Shown in pieces: positions 39,006 to 52,300 of a stretch of 64,000 nt of DNA; position 1 is the stretch's first letter, and the number at the start of each line of letters is the position of its first letter. Source of the DNA: Vicugna vicugna (Eukaryota); assembly GCA_013265495.1 (NCBI GenBank), contig MU058796.1, forward strand, positions 372,001 to 436,000, in the 5' to 3' direction. A program made the position numbers and the translations under genes. The notes beneath the pieces are model-generated. The model was not told the DNA's origin, ran no database searches, and was given only the letters and a program-made list of their open reading frames with translations.

Positions 39006-40244
39006 TTATTATGGTGATGCTATTCTGAGATAACTATCAAATACACAACTTTCAGGCTAAAGGTTCCCCAGTTCTTTCAGTCCTTTCTCATATGAGATGG
39101 TTTTAAGTCCCCTTATCATGCAGGATGCTAAATACTGGAAGTTATTTAATCTTTCCATTCATATCTTCCCTAAAATGTTGCTCTCAGAACTGAGCATGGT
39201 AACCTGAACAGCTCGAAATTAGAGTCAGATTATATCCCCCATTAGTCTGTGCACATCCTAAATTTACCAGTGCGGCCAAAGTATTCCTTCTTCATCTCCT
39301 TCTTCTCCTTCTTCCTCTCTTCTTCCTTTTGCTCCTCCGATTCCTCATCCTTCTTGTAACCATTTTATACTATTGATTCACTGCTAAGTAAAGCTCCTCT
39401 TTTTTTCCCAGGGGTACTGTTTCTAAGTCACATATTCCTCAGATTGAATTTAGGCAGTCGGTGCTTTGGTCCCAAGGCAGGACCTCACAATTATTTCAAC
39501 CAAATTATGTATTGTTAGACTGTGTTCATCTTTTAGTTTCTAAGAACCTTTAGATTCTGATCTTGTAATCCAATGTATTTTCTCACTTTTCCAATCTCAT
39601 GTAATTGATTGATAGGTATGCCTTCTCATAGTTTTACTCAGTCATTGATAAGTACGTTCACATAAGGCAAGGCCAGAGACAATGACCTGTGGTGTACCAT
39701 TTGACAAACCTTCCTCCAGGCTGACACAGATTCACTACAATTGCCATCGGGTGCAGTCATTCAGCCAAGTATGAAAAGACATAATAGTACTAGCGCTAAA
39801 CATGTGTTTGTCTATCTGGTCCACAAGGATAGAAAGAAAGACCTTATTAAGTGACTTGCTAGAATCTAGATATCGACATCTAGTGCCTTGATGTACTGGT
39901 TTATTAACTTCACAGAAGAAAACATCCAGGATTGGGCTGAACAGCTTATTCTTGTAGAATTTACACTTTTCCCCAACAATCACTTTTTTTAAAAAATACT
40001 GACAAAATTGTCTTTTTTAAGTATAATCTAGGCTGTTCTCCTGCCATTCAGTGTAAGTTTCATGGCTCTGAACTTTGCAGATTCTGCCATTTTTTTTTAA
40101 CTTAAAGTATTCTTCCCTTATCCTTTCTACTCTATTTCTCAAAGGTAATCAGCTAAATACTCCATCTCATTTAGAAGGTGTCTGGTAATAATTCACAGAG
40201 GCCAAGAGACATACTGTCAGCTAGACTAGTCAGGGTTTCCCAGT

Positions 40245-40445
40245 ATAGCGTACAGGTAAAGTACTCAGACCGTGGACTTACCTATCTTGGCTCAGATCCT
40301 AGCTCTGCACTTCTCCTTGTGTGATCTGGGACAGATTATGCAACCTTGTATAATGCTTGCTTTATAGAGTTGCTGTGATGATTAAATGAGTGAATGCATA
40401 TAAATACAGAAGGTATGATACCTACTAGATATTCAATAAATGTAA
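40245..40445 (+). mobile_element. MIR SINE within the L3
   Basis: CAGATCCTAGCTCTGCAC...GTGTGATCTGGGACAG...AGAGTTGCTGTGATGATTAAATGAG. Confidence 0.7.
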
Positions 40446-40511
40446 CCTACATTCTAACCCCTTTATCTATTTTGTCTTTCAAATTTTAGCCAATATCCAG
40501 TGGTCTGACTT

Positions 40512-40800
40512 CACTCATTCAACAAATGTTTATTGAATAATACTTGGTACAAACAAGGCCTAAAGATATTGTACTGAACAAGTCAAAGTCCCTGCACTCA
40601 CAGAGCTTGCACTCTAATGCAGGAGAAAGAAATCACCTAAGTAAGTAAAATAATAGCAGTCAGTGATTAGAGGGATGGAAAGCTTAAGGGTTAGAGAATG
40701 TCAGAGAGAATTATTTCAGGAAGGGTGCTAAGGGTTCTCTCTGAAGAGGTAACATGTAAGCAGAGATATGAACGAACCAACAGGGAAGAAACATAAAGGA
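40512..40800 (-). mobile_element. L2 3' region within the L3
   Basis: CACTCATTCAACAAATGTTTATTGAATA...GAACAAG...GTCCCTGCACTCACAGAGCTT. Confidence 0.75.
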
Positions 40801-43800
40801 GTAAAGACACTTTCCTTTCTCTTTTTCATGAATGAATTTTATGACTTCAACTTTAAAAAAAAAAAGTGGGCCTACTCTTGTGTTGATTTCCTTCCTCATT
40901 TCATGCTAAGGAGATCCTTTTTGGTTCTCTTTAGCATCTTTCACAAGTCACAGCTCATTTTGTGCTTTAGTCTTGCTGATGCTGTTTTTTATAGGTCCAT
41001 GCTACCTTCGCATATTTGTGTGGGATTAGCTGTCCCCTTTTACCATCTTTTGCAACGTGCTGTTTGAAATTCGGAGCCTGTCAGTAGGTCTCTGTGCAGC
41101 ACATTGGTTTCTTTAGTTTCCTCCCCATTTTCTTGCTCATTAGAATCATTTGTGTTTGCATTGGCAGAACACTGCTTCAGTCGAACTCCAGGAGCGCATG
41201 GTTGCTTCTCCCCAAGGTTCCAATCATCTCCATCTTACCTACTGGTTTCTGTCAGAATGTCAGAATAGGGTCCAGAGTAGGAGTTCCCCTTACTGCTTAC
41301 TCTGCCTTCTGGGAAATGAATTTATAAGCAAGGCTGGTCCAGAAATTGTCTGTTTTGCTTTGCGAGGAAGGTAAGTTTCTGTGGATACTTCAGGACTAAA
41401 ATCTCTAACACGAAGATGTGTTGCTGCCCTGATAGCTTTGTGGTCTGCACTAGAAAAGCATCCTTCTAGCCAGGAAGTCTGTAATGCAGTCACAAATGCT
41501 GTCACTTCTCTGTGTCCCTCATTTCATGTTCATCTAGATTTTTCCCTAGTTTTCCTCTACCCATGAGAATTTACGTATAGGTTCTAGCTTCTAACCAGCA
41601 AGGACTATTCACCCACTTTTCAATCAGTGTGGTCTAATTATAATTTTAAGGAGATTGGATTAAAAATAAAACTCTTTCTACGACCAAACTTTATGCCCAA
41701 GAAACCAGGACGTTTCCCTACAGCTAAATATTAGCTAGCAGCCTGAAGTCCTAGAAAACTTCGGAATAGAAGTTAGATTCTATTCTTGATCAAGCCATAT
41801 ACTCACCTGCAGATTCATCACACGTCAGAGCCGAAGGGCCCTTCATTTAAAGATGAAAGATCTGGATCCTCTAATTTTTTTTGCGATGAGAAAATTGTGG
41901 CCTTAAAAGGTTAGTTGACTCTCCCACAGCCTCATAGTTAGTTAGGGATAGTTACTGCAGAAAAAGGTTACTTTCCCTTAGGCCAGTAAATTTCACCCCT
42001 ACCTTGTTACCTTCGATTAATAGCCCAGAATCTTACTTCCCCTTCTGTGAAATCCAAATAATAATATCCGCAGCTCTTCCTACCCCCACAGAGCTGCTCT
42101 GAGAAGGGAAGGAGATAATGGATATTTAATAATAGTGGTTGAGTAGGGTGGTATTATTATGATAAAACCTTTAATGATTTAATCTGTAGGTTTCTCTGGG
42201 CTTTTTCCCCCTCCTTGTTTAAGTGATTTGCATTTTAAATTTAAATCTATGGTGCAATGTGCTTACTTTGTTAAAGATTTACAACAGATTGTGGGCTGCG
42301 TCCCACTGAAGAGCGAGCCTGGTTTGGGCATCCCGGAGACCAAGGTGATAATCTTTATTTCCTCACTCAAGGGGTGCGTGACAGGGCATCCCCTTAACTT
42401 CTCTGACTGTAGTTTTCTCACCTGTTAAAGGGCTACACAGCCCTAGCTTTTGCAGCTCTGAGAAGCCATACAGAAAGGCGCAGGATCAGTGGCTGTGTTT
42501 GTTTGTTTTTATTTTATCTTTTCTGGGTTTTTTTGTTTTGTTTTTCCTCCTCCCTCAGACTGTGAGCATCTTGATGGCAGACACTATTTATCTTTGTATT
42601 CCTAGGGTCTGGCACTCAGTAGCTATACAGTATGTTTGTTAAATGAATTATTTACCAAGGTGAACAACATGGACTGGGGCTGAGGGTAGCAGTATTTTGT
42701 AAGTCAGTGTTTTTTCAACTCTACTCTAAAGAGCACAACATTGGGTTTTGTAGAGGTCCTTCAGGAGCTGCTAAAATTAGCGATCAAGGCATAACTGAAA
42801 ATGAACTCTTGGCCTTTATCTTGCTTTAATTAGAGCAGACATACTTGTTTCTTATTAATATATTGGCCTGCTATATAAGCTTGTTTTTAGAAGAAAAGGT
42901 TTTTCAGCTAAAAGAAAATTGAAACAAGATATTTAGGTTTTAGCATCTGAAAGACCCATCTTCTAGTAGTTCTTTTACCATTAGGCACCTTAAGCAATTA
43001 GGTTACCATTAGGTTAACTTAAGCAAGTTAACATTTTCTCTGTTGTGATTTCTCATTTATTGTAGGAATTACAGCATTTTGGGTTGGTTAGAGACGGGCA
43101 GGAAGATATCACACACACACAGCTGCCATTTCCCAATGTGTTTAGCCAAGAATACCCAAGTGGATTCCACCTGGATGCAGGTGGCCTCCTGCATCAGGAG
43201 CAGGTGCCTGCAGACGCAGCGTACCTTGGCTTGGCTTTTCTCCTCCTCTGCTTCCCTACGGGCCACACAGCTGCCACGGACACTATTGCCAGGGTGGAAA
43301 AACACAATTTTTTTTAACTCAAACTCACCACTCTAGAAGAATTTATACTCATGGCCTAGGCACCTCCATGTAAGAAAATGCTGACAAACATCAGGCTTTC
43401 CCAGTTCTAGAACCAAATGAGTACGAGCAAGAAAACCTCCTCAGGGCAAGATAGGGGTGGGGAGGAACTGGCAAAGTCGGGGCCAGGGGCCCCTGAATAG
43501 TATCTCTGCCTCTAGCTTCCAGTGATCTTGTCTCCCTGGAAGTTTATTTGGTAGATTAAATAACGTAGGGGTTACCAAAATATTTAGTAATGTGTAAATG
43601 GTTGGGCTTGGGCACCAATAGGTCAGAACAGATGCTGCCCGTAAACTACCAGCAAGCATTGCCGGGGTTTGCCAGCTGAACGCTAGCCCTAAAATGGGGT
43701 AACATTAAAATGTCCTCATGATGTCAGACACGTAGATGGTACTTGATTAATGTTCATCCCCTATCCTCCTCCCTCCTTCCTCTTGAACAAAATCCAGTAA

Positions 43801-44681
43801 AAACAAAACAGAACAAAACTGGTTATCCCCAAATAACCTGAGAAGTCAAGCTTATTATATCATTAGGACAATGTATTCATGAGGGGATAATTTCTAATAC
43901 CAAAATTCTTTCTGTGGACTACAGTAAAGTGGATGTATTTTTAAAAATTAATTGTAAACTACTGCCTGAATTAGAACCCAGCTGTTAAATAAGAATATGT
44001 TTTAGTTATACCCAGTGAGAACACTGTCTGTCTTCTAAGTTTGTCATTTTCCCGGCTCAGAAGGGTTAATTCATTATATTTAGTTATATTCTGTCAGTGG
44101 CTTTAAGGCAGTGTTTTCCAGCCGTTGGCAGCGGAAATGGGGAACACTCTACTGAGACCACCTGGATCTTTCTCTCCACTTCCCCCAAGTCTTTCTGGGG
44201 ATTTTGATGCCTTCCTTCCTATTAAGAATCTGCCAGAATGAGCCATTGGAAGTGTGTATAAGACACACCAGGTAACTTAGTTTAGAAAAAAGTGATACTA
44301 GCCTTTGAGGGCGTTTTGTTGTTGTTGAGGCAAAAGAGGAAGGAAGGAAGGACATCTTTGTAGCAGAGGCAAAACTGGACTGTATCAACTTCAGTGGTAG
44401 AGAAGACAGGGTGGAGGGATGGACCAGAAGTCGAGAGGGGATGGGAGGCAAGGAATTGACCAGCTTCCCCATTTAGTCAGGGTTCTCTCTGGTCTTGTCA
44501 TCAGATGGTGCATTTGCTACCACTGGGAAACTTAGAACAGCCCCTCTCTTTACGTGGCTCCTAGAAAAGACTAAAAGCAAATCTAAGGCTAGCATGCATT
44601 TGGGCATGAATTGCCTGTGTTGACTTTTCCTCCTTTTTTACTTCCCAATCCTTATTTTCTCTTTGCCTTACCATTCTTACT

Positions 44682-45205
44682 CTTTTTTTTTTCTTTCTAA
44701 ATTAAGGTATAGTTGATGTACAATATTATATAAGTTTCAGGTGCATAACATAGTAATTCATAATTTTTAAGGATTATATTCTATTTATAGCTATTATAAA
44801 ATACTGGCTACATTCCCTGTGTTGTATAATATATCATTGTGGCTTATTTATTTTATACATGCTAGTTTATACCTCTTAATCTCTTACTCCTATCTTGCCC
44901 CTTTCTCCCTTCTCTCTCCCCATTGGTAACCACTAGTTTGTTCTCTAAATCTATGAGTCTGTTTCTTTTTTGTTATAGTCACTAGTTTTATTTTTTAGAT
45001 TCTACATATAAGTGATATCATACAGTACTTGTCTTTGTCTGACTTATTTCACTTAGTATGATACCCTCTAAGTCCATCCATGTTGTTGCAAATGGCAAAA
45101 TCTCATTCTTTTTATGGCTGAGTAGTATTCCTTTGTATCCATATACCACATCTTCTTTATCCAATCATCTGTTGATAGACACTTAGGTCTTAGACTGCTT
45201 CTATC
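44682..45205 (-). mobile_element. 5'-truncated L1 3' end (artiodactyl-type)
   Basis: Poly-T, then GTATAGTTGATGTACAATATT...GGTAACCACTAGTTTGTTCTCT...CTGACTTATTTCACTTAG...TCCATCCATGTTGTTGCAAATGGC...TTTATGGCTGAGTAGTATTCC. Confidence 0.9.
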
Positions 45206-45744
45206 TCTTGGCCTTAGTTATTCTTATTACTTTTATTTTTATTTGTTTTTAAATCTCCCTTAAATTATTTGTGGACTTTAAAGGGTTATAAATTAATAAA
45301 TAAAATTAGAATGCCTACAGACAACTGCCTTTGTGTTTAGCTCTTTTAGAGTATAATAAGTTTAACCATAGAGTCTTCTAATGCTATGGATTTAAGGAAA
45401 AACTAAGCACTTATGACTAAAAAAGAATGAAAATCATAAGCTATGAAAAATAACTAAGCACGAGTAGATTCTTCAAATTGCTAAAAAAAAACAAAAAAAG
45501 TAAAACAATCAAAGTATCAGCAACAACCCTGGCATACATGTGATAATAAATGTTTATGTAGTCAATATAAAGCTGTATATTTCAAAATGTAGTTCTACAA
45601 TTCTTCACTCTAATACAACCCAATATCTAAAAATATGTAAGAATGTTCAGAATTGTTCCACATTAGTTCATACAGTTTTAGGCATTTATATAGCAGCATT
45701 TCGAAGAGCTGTCAACTGTTTCATGCTATTAATGGTTCCAAAAT

Positions 45745-45960
45745 AACAGCAAATATCTGAGGACTTAATTATGTGCCGAGTACTACCTGTATTAATTCAT
45801 ATAACCCTTACAACAACACTATAAAACATGTAATTATAAATGAGGAAAGGAAATTACATTTAATTTAAAGATGAGCTCCCATAACTTGCTCAAGGATACA
45901 TAGCTTTAACATGGTGGAGCTGAGATCTGAACCCGGATGGTCTGGTCCAAATTCTGAGCT
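45745..45960 (-). mobile_element. MIR SINE
   Basis: TATGTGCCGAGTACT...AACTTGCTCAAGGATACATAGC...TGGTGGAGCTGAGATCTGAACCCGG. Confidence 0.7.
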
Positions 45961-47856
45961 TTTAAGTTAAGTTGCTTTTCTGAATTTTTTTAAAAGAGCA
46001 TCTTAAAATTAGCATTAACCAAAGTTAAGTGAATTTACAGTTTATAAGGCCCTTTTCAGATCTTTTTCTACTGATCTTTTTCAAGGTAAGGGATAATAAA
46101 AATGTTTAATTTTGAATATAGTTTTATTTAAAAAAAAATGCCTGTGGCTTTTTTGATATCAAGCACTTCAATGGTGATGTTTCAAAAACTTTTGCAGAGC
46201 AAAGTGATTTAAAATGCTATTTACCAAATTCTTGACTGTACTAAATTGCAGAATTTTAAGTAAGAAGTGAATATAAATGATTTCACCTAGGTATAGCTTC
46301 ATGGGATTCTTATTAAGCATCAAGAAAAGAAACTCCACTTCTCAATGTATGTGCTGTGTTAAGTCAAAAATAGTAGTAAATACTTTTTAGCATGGATATA
46401 GAGTAATTGGCCAAATTAATTTACCCAATTTTATGAATGGAATATTCCTTTTCTCTTACAATTTTGTAGGAAAAGGGGAAAAAGACAAAACTTTTGAAAA
46501 ATAAATACTATAATTATTAGAAGCCCAATTTTGTTCTTGTCATTTGAAAGAGCCTTGCTTAGTGGAGAAAAAAGACAGAAAACTTCTAATATGAAGGAGA
46601 TTCAAGCACAAATGCCAACATCTGTTTCTAGGCTGCATGGGAAATGATTTTTGATGATTTTTTTTAAAATGGTATCTATCCCAACAACTGACAAATATAA
46701 TTGTTCTAAGTTTTAATGGTAAAACTGCTTAGATAATTCTTTAATGATAACAAAATTATAGGCAGGTGTTTCTGTGTTCTAAAACAAAATTAAGAAAAAC
46801 TAGTTAACTGAAAATTTTGTAAAACTGTTAAATAGAGGAGAGCAGTATTTCAATATTACAATGAGCACAAAGGATCTTTTCAGAAGGTTTATATTACTCA
46901 GGATTTTTAACTGATACAAAAATATTATGCAAACATATAGTTTATAGGAATTTTTCAAAACAGCGTGTTTAATATAAGTCATTCTCTCTTTGTAAAGTAA
47001 TTCATTATAGTCATATTTTCTAGTTGGCATAATATAGAGTTATATTCCATAGGAAAATGATTTGACCTATAATCATAATAAAAATTTGTACACAAAAATA
47101 CAAAATAAAAATAGGAATAATTATAATACTTACCAATAAGAAACATAACATAAATTTGTAATAGTAAAAAAAGTGTTCTTAACTCAGGTTCAGTAGATAA
47201 TCTCAATTCTAAGTAGACAATCTGCTTTGAAAAGTATAATTTTAAGAATTTTTTAAAACATATCTGAGAGCATCAATTACTTCTAGTAATTTTTAGTAAA
47301 GGCTTAGCTTGTTCGCCTTAAACCATTTTGTACTTAACCATTTCTGCTAAATGAGCATGTCTTAATTATTTAACCAGTAAGTCTTTTAATCTATATCTAT
47401 TAACTCTTAAAATGGTGTTTATTTCCATTTGTTTGGTTGAAAAGACTGTTCCTTTTATCTGTCCTACTTCAGTGAACCATACCTCTGGGGTGTTAGGTAA
47501 TACAGAAGAATGAAAATCATCACTGATTACTGCCCAAGTACCCTTCCATGTAGGGAAACTGAACAGGTTTCAGAAAAAAAGAAAGTGCAGGAGTAAACAT
47601 CAGTGGAAGAGTAGTGGAAGGTGGTTTCAAGTGGCAAGAAAAAGAGAAAACTGTTCAATGTGGATATAAGTATAAGAATAAAGGGGCACTATACCTTTAT
47701 TACTGGGCCATGCAGTAAGTGCATAAATGAGTCGGTATATATGTAAGTCCTCTGAACACAGTAAAGCTCTATTACTACTATTTAATACATTTCTTCCTAT
47801 CATAATGTATATTAACAGTATAATTTACTTAATTGTTCACATACAAATTATTGGCC

Positions 47857-48390
47857 ACTGGAGCTCAAAAATTAAAATGTTTACAGGAGACAGGAAGAAA
47901 AAGTGAGTGAAGGGCAGTTGGGTGAACTATATAGTCCTCTTGATCTATCTTTCCACTTCCCACTTTACAGAAATACAGGTGAAGCTACATTTCACCTTCT
48001 TTTAATGCCTCTTTTAAAATAGAACACAAAACAGTATCACAAATTGGGTGACTCGTGGCACAAGATGCTGCCTTGGTTTTGAGGAGGTAATAAGGGGGAT
48101 GGTGGAGGACGCGGCGAGTCCAAGAGTGCATGTTTTGCTTAAAAAGGAAAGCCTTTCCTGCCTAGTGTTGTTATGAGATAATGCATGACAAAGGTTGCTG
48201 GATCTTTTCTTTTTTTTTTTTTTTTTTCAAAAGCTGGAAATCCATATTTAATTGAAGCCTCTTAATTTTTAAAAATTGGCCAAAAGTAGATTAAAAACAA
48301 AACAAAACACTGTGTGGCCCAACATCTGTGGGGCTAATAAATAACCTCCGTTGGCTAGATTTTACGCAGGCTGGCAGTTGGTGACCTCTG
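47857..48390. mobile_element. MER102/Charlie4-like hAT element remnant
   Basis: Ends AAAATGTTTACAGGAGACAGG and AACACTGTGTGGCC...GGCTGGCAGTTGGTGACCTCTG resemble MER102 termini. Confidence 0.5.
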
Positions 48391-48842
48391 TTATATGCTG
48401 TGCTAAGAGCTGGGCATATACATTTTTGTGATATTTTAAGGAGCTTGCTCTTTCATGGGGGGGAGGAGTAAATCAATGAGTACAGTGATGTGTAATAAAT
48501 GCTATGATAATCAATGTTCATTTTGATGGTTCTTCTGTACTGAAAAATTCCATGTCATCAAAGAAAGGTAAAATAATACTCAGTATGATTTTCTTAGATA
48601 GCAAAGTACTATACTAATATGTTTTGGAAAGATTTTTTAAAAAAGCAGGAATGTGAACAAAAAGAAACAACATTTAAAGTGTCAGCAGAAAATCAGAATA
48701 CTTTCTTTGGGAATTTTGATTAATTTACTCTTTAAGATAATATTAATAAAATTTGCTGTTGATTTAGCAGGAAAAAACTGGTTAAAATGTTTTTTGGCTC
48801 TTGAATGTAGGGTTCTAGTCTTTCCTTTGTGAATCATAAATG

Positions 48843-49314
48843 AGCTAAAATGGAAGTATGATCCTTTTTACCATAATATATAAAATGTCAGATGTTTTGC
48901 CTTTAAATAAGACCAGAGTGCCAGGATGCAAAATATAACCCTTGAAAATCTTCATGTCAGCCTGCTGGTTCTAATTTCTGAGGTTCCTAGACATGTTTTT
49001 ATGTAAGTCATTGGGATAGAAAAGTCGAAGGAAGAAGAAGCGTCTTAGGTAAAATGGAATGGACAACCAACTTTTCAGCTAAAATGGAAGTATGATCCTT
49101 TTTACCATAATATATAAAATGTCAGATGTTTTGCCTTTAAATAAGACCAGAGTGCCAGGATGCAAAATATAACCCTTGAAAATCTTCATGTCAGCCTGCT
49201 GGTTCTAATTTCTGAGGTTCCTAGACATGTTTTTATGTAAGTCATTGGGATAGAAAAGTCGAAGGAAGAAGAAGCGTCTTAGGTAAAATGGAATGGACAA
49301 CCAACTTTTCAGCT
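48843..49314 (+). repeat. Perfect 234-bp direct tandem duplication (2 copies) with AGCT junction microhomology
   Basis: 48843-49076 equals 49077-49310 by eye. AGCT occurs at 48843, 49077 and 49311. Confidence 0.95.
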
Positions 49315-52300
49315 TCTCTAAATTCAAAAACTCAAATGCATCATGTAGTTTCCTGCCTTCTTTGATCTATTTCCTACCTCCTAAACACACACACACACAG
49401 ATAATTGTGCTAGAAACTCCTTCAGTGATGTGTCTACATTTGTGTTTCTCTTTACTTAAATGCACACATACACACAAGCATTGTTATTGAATTAATTTTT
49501 GGAAAACAGTCTAATTTTTGTTGTAATCACAAATTTGTGTCAATATTAAAATATTTACATATGGCCTATAAACGTATTTCAGTAAGTTGACTAAACAAAT
49601 TTGTTAAGAAATAAATTTGTGTTGTGTTTATATGCACACTTGTGATAAGTACATTTGTACAAGATTTCTAGGATGTTTGACTTATAATATCTCTATCAGC
49701 AAGTGGTGCTGTAATATTTGGATAGCAAGCAGCTGCCTTACTGAATTAAATATTATAGTAGTATTTATGATTATAGGACTCTAATTCATTTATTCCATAA
49801 ATGCTTTCCAACAACCAATTACAGCTCAGGCCCTTTGCTAGACAATAAAGAAGCCACTGTTCTTCAAAAATCTGAGAGCAGGTAAAGTAATTACTTCATG
49901 TGATTGATGCACACCATTCCACGCATCATAATGTTACTTCCTGCATCATACAACTTGGAGTTGTTTAGGGGGCTATTTACATTTCCAGATATAAGAAAAT
50001 GGGTAGGGAGCATGGTGCTTCTGAAGAGGAATTCCAGAAAGGAGTTTTAGTCTAGTGAACCTTCAAAAGACTACTACAATCTCCCTACGGGTTCATGATG
50101 CTACTTTGGTCTATTAGGGACTTTGCTAAGGTTTGAGGATCGTGGATAATGGGTATAAAATAGGATGATGTTATAGCTGGGTGTATGGCTGGTTGGACAA
50201 GTAGGAGAAAAACTGGAGAAGACAGAGGCTTTGAATGTTACTACATGTCACAAACATAGATTGAGACTTTCATATGAGTGAAGTTAATAACCTCCCTGGT
50301 AAAGTTAAAGGAAATTTGTTGAAAGGCTAGGTCACAAAATTAAAATAAATCCCAAATGAACCCACCAAAACCTTATATGATAGAAAAGGGAACAGTACCA
50401 CAAAGGAGAAACTGGACGGGTTTCCAAAAGTATGGTGACTTAGAAGGAAATGGTAAAAACAGCATATAAATGATATAAAACTTATTTTGTTGTATGTAGG
50501 AGATATTTAAGCAAAAGCTTATTTTCCTGCATGTTTAAAAATCAAATTGATGAGAACTTGTTGTAAATTTATTCCTTAACCTCACCAAAGTTAGGGAAAA
50601 TTTCAACAGTTTCATTATTTTTATAAGTACAAATGCATCTTCAGGGAAAAAAAGGGCAATAAGATCTATTTGAGAGAAAATTTTGTGCATAGTCTGTGAG
50701 GAAATAGTATAGAGTTAAAATTCCTGAATGCCATGCATATTAAACATATTATATAAATCTTTATGTCCTAATTAGTTTTGTGTATTTGCTTATAAATTTC
50801 TGTGTATATTCTTATTTGTTTTCTGTGCGTATTTGCCCTTCGTTTCCACAGATGATTTATTTCTCTGGGGAAAGAGTATGTTTACCACTTTCCAGTAGCA
50901 CCTAGAGCACTGAACTGAGGAAAGCAGGTTTTCTTAGTGTTGAGTAATTGCCTTTATTAGCCTTACATTTTGAAAAATATGTCAACCTACAATCTCAGTA
51001 AAAATGCAAAATTAAAAATGAATATAGAAAATAACATACGTTTTCCTCTGACATTAAATCAGCCGTTGTGCCAAATGTAGCACAAATGGCCCTTTAACGG
51101 GGGTCCTGTACAAACAATGGGTGATCAAAGAACACATCGGCAGCAACACCAAGGCACACCGGTGTCAAGGACAATGTATTCTGAATTCTATTTTGTATTT
51201 CTTCTGTGATATGGTGCCAGAACACAAATATATAGACACAGATCTATACATATACATGTGCATATATATATATTTTACAGAATTTAAATAATTCATTCAA
51301 ATAAATTATTTAAATGATTTAAAAATTCCTATGTCAAACAGATTAATGGAACCTTGTTATTCAAAAGATAAATCATTTTATATGAAGTGGCAAAGACTTC
51401 AAGGGCTAATAAAGGTTTTATGAGAGATAAACTTTTAATGAATTAATACTTTTGCATGTACTTATTTCTATAAACATAAGTATACACACAAATGCTTACA
51501 ATGGTATTTATATCAACATTTCTGACTGATTTTTTTAAGGAAACAGTATTCACAGTGTTTCCAATTAAATATTTTTATAGATTTGATTTTTAGGAGCTGA
51601 TAGATTATAATTCACCAAGCAAAGTAGAAGGTTTAGATAATAGTGTTCTTAATGTTATTATCTGTGTAACAAGACAAACTTTTTTCTGTTTGTAATTTAT
51701 ATGAATCCAGTAATCATTAGTTTTGAACAATTTTATACATGCCATTTTCTCGGGCTTGAAGTGTATTTAGCACTCAAGTCTTTTTGCTGTGGAGGTCTTA
51801 ATCAGAAAGAGATTTTGCTCTAGAAAATTATGGTGAACTAGTATTTGTATAACAAGACCTTAAGACCCTGGGAAAAAATTTAAGGATTTCTATGAAGCTC
51901 AGCACACATTCCTCAGCTAAATTTTGGCATCGTTTCAATTTGAGACTCCAGTGAAATTCAATTGGTTTATTTTATAATTAAAAACAAGGAAATCATAGTA
52001 ACAAAAATATATAATGTATAGCACTCGTGTTTATAATAGAAACATCCATAAAGAAAGAAACATGCTCTAACTTTTCTCATTACTCCAAAGGGAATTGCAT
52101 CTTTAATCACACAAAGCACAACTGCTTTCTAATTTTGCTCAAAGTGTTTCAATACTTACAAAAACCAGATCAGGTTATTGTAAATCTAGAGCAAATTAGA
52201 ATCACTGGCCTCTGCTCAGCAATATGTAAGGGTTCTATGTAAATCATAAATTTAATGGCATAGTAAGACACACATCTGTTTCAGCTTTGTAGAAGTTAAT

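Larger units (their letters stand above)
39050..41600 (-). mobile_element. L3/CR1 LINE fossil (ORF2 remnants), interrupted by MIR and L2
   Basis: ORF 39735-39983(-) reads KFYKNKL..ILDVFFCEVNKPVHQG..YLDSSKSLNKV..SILVDQI..HTWLND. This resembles the CR1 reverse transcriptase motif GF.K.KSC.TNL..FFD.VT..VD.G...YLDFSKAFDKV.H.IL. Near 40930-40970 the minus strand reads KAQNEL*LVKDAK, like the CR1 ORF2 linker. Confidence 0.8.

Noticed and set aside
39285..39355. CT-rich (CTT/CCT)n tract
   Set aside because: Ordinary degenerate simple repeat.
39735..39983. RT-like ORF as a functional or domesticated gene
   Set aside because: Short, with degenerate motifs, and surrounded by stops and frameshifts. 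It is an L3/CR1 fossil.
43568..43690. Probable small hAT-type MITE
   Set aside because: It looks like a DNA-transposon remnant, but I could not assign a family or boundaries confidently.
46060..46091. Possible ~26-nt micro-exon (CAG|...AAG|GTAAGG)
   Set aside because: Short pyrimidine tract, very small exon and no other support; probably chance.
48843..49314. CRISPR-like or satellite array
   Set aside because: Only two contiguous copies, no spacers, and a mammalian context.
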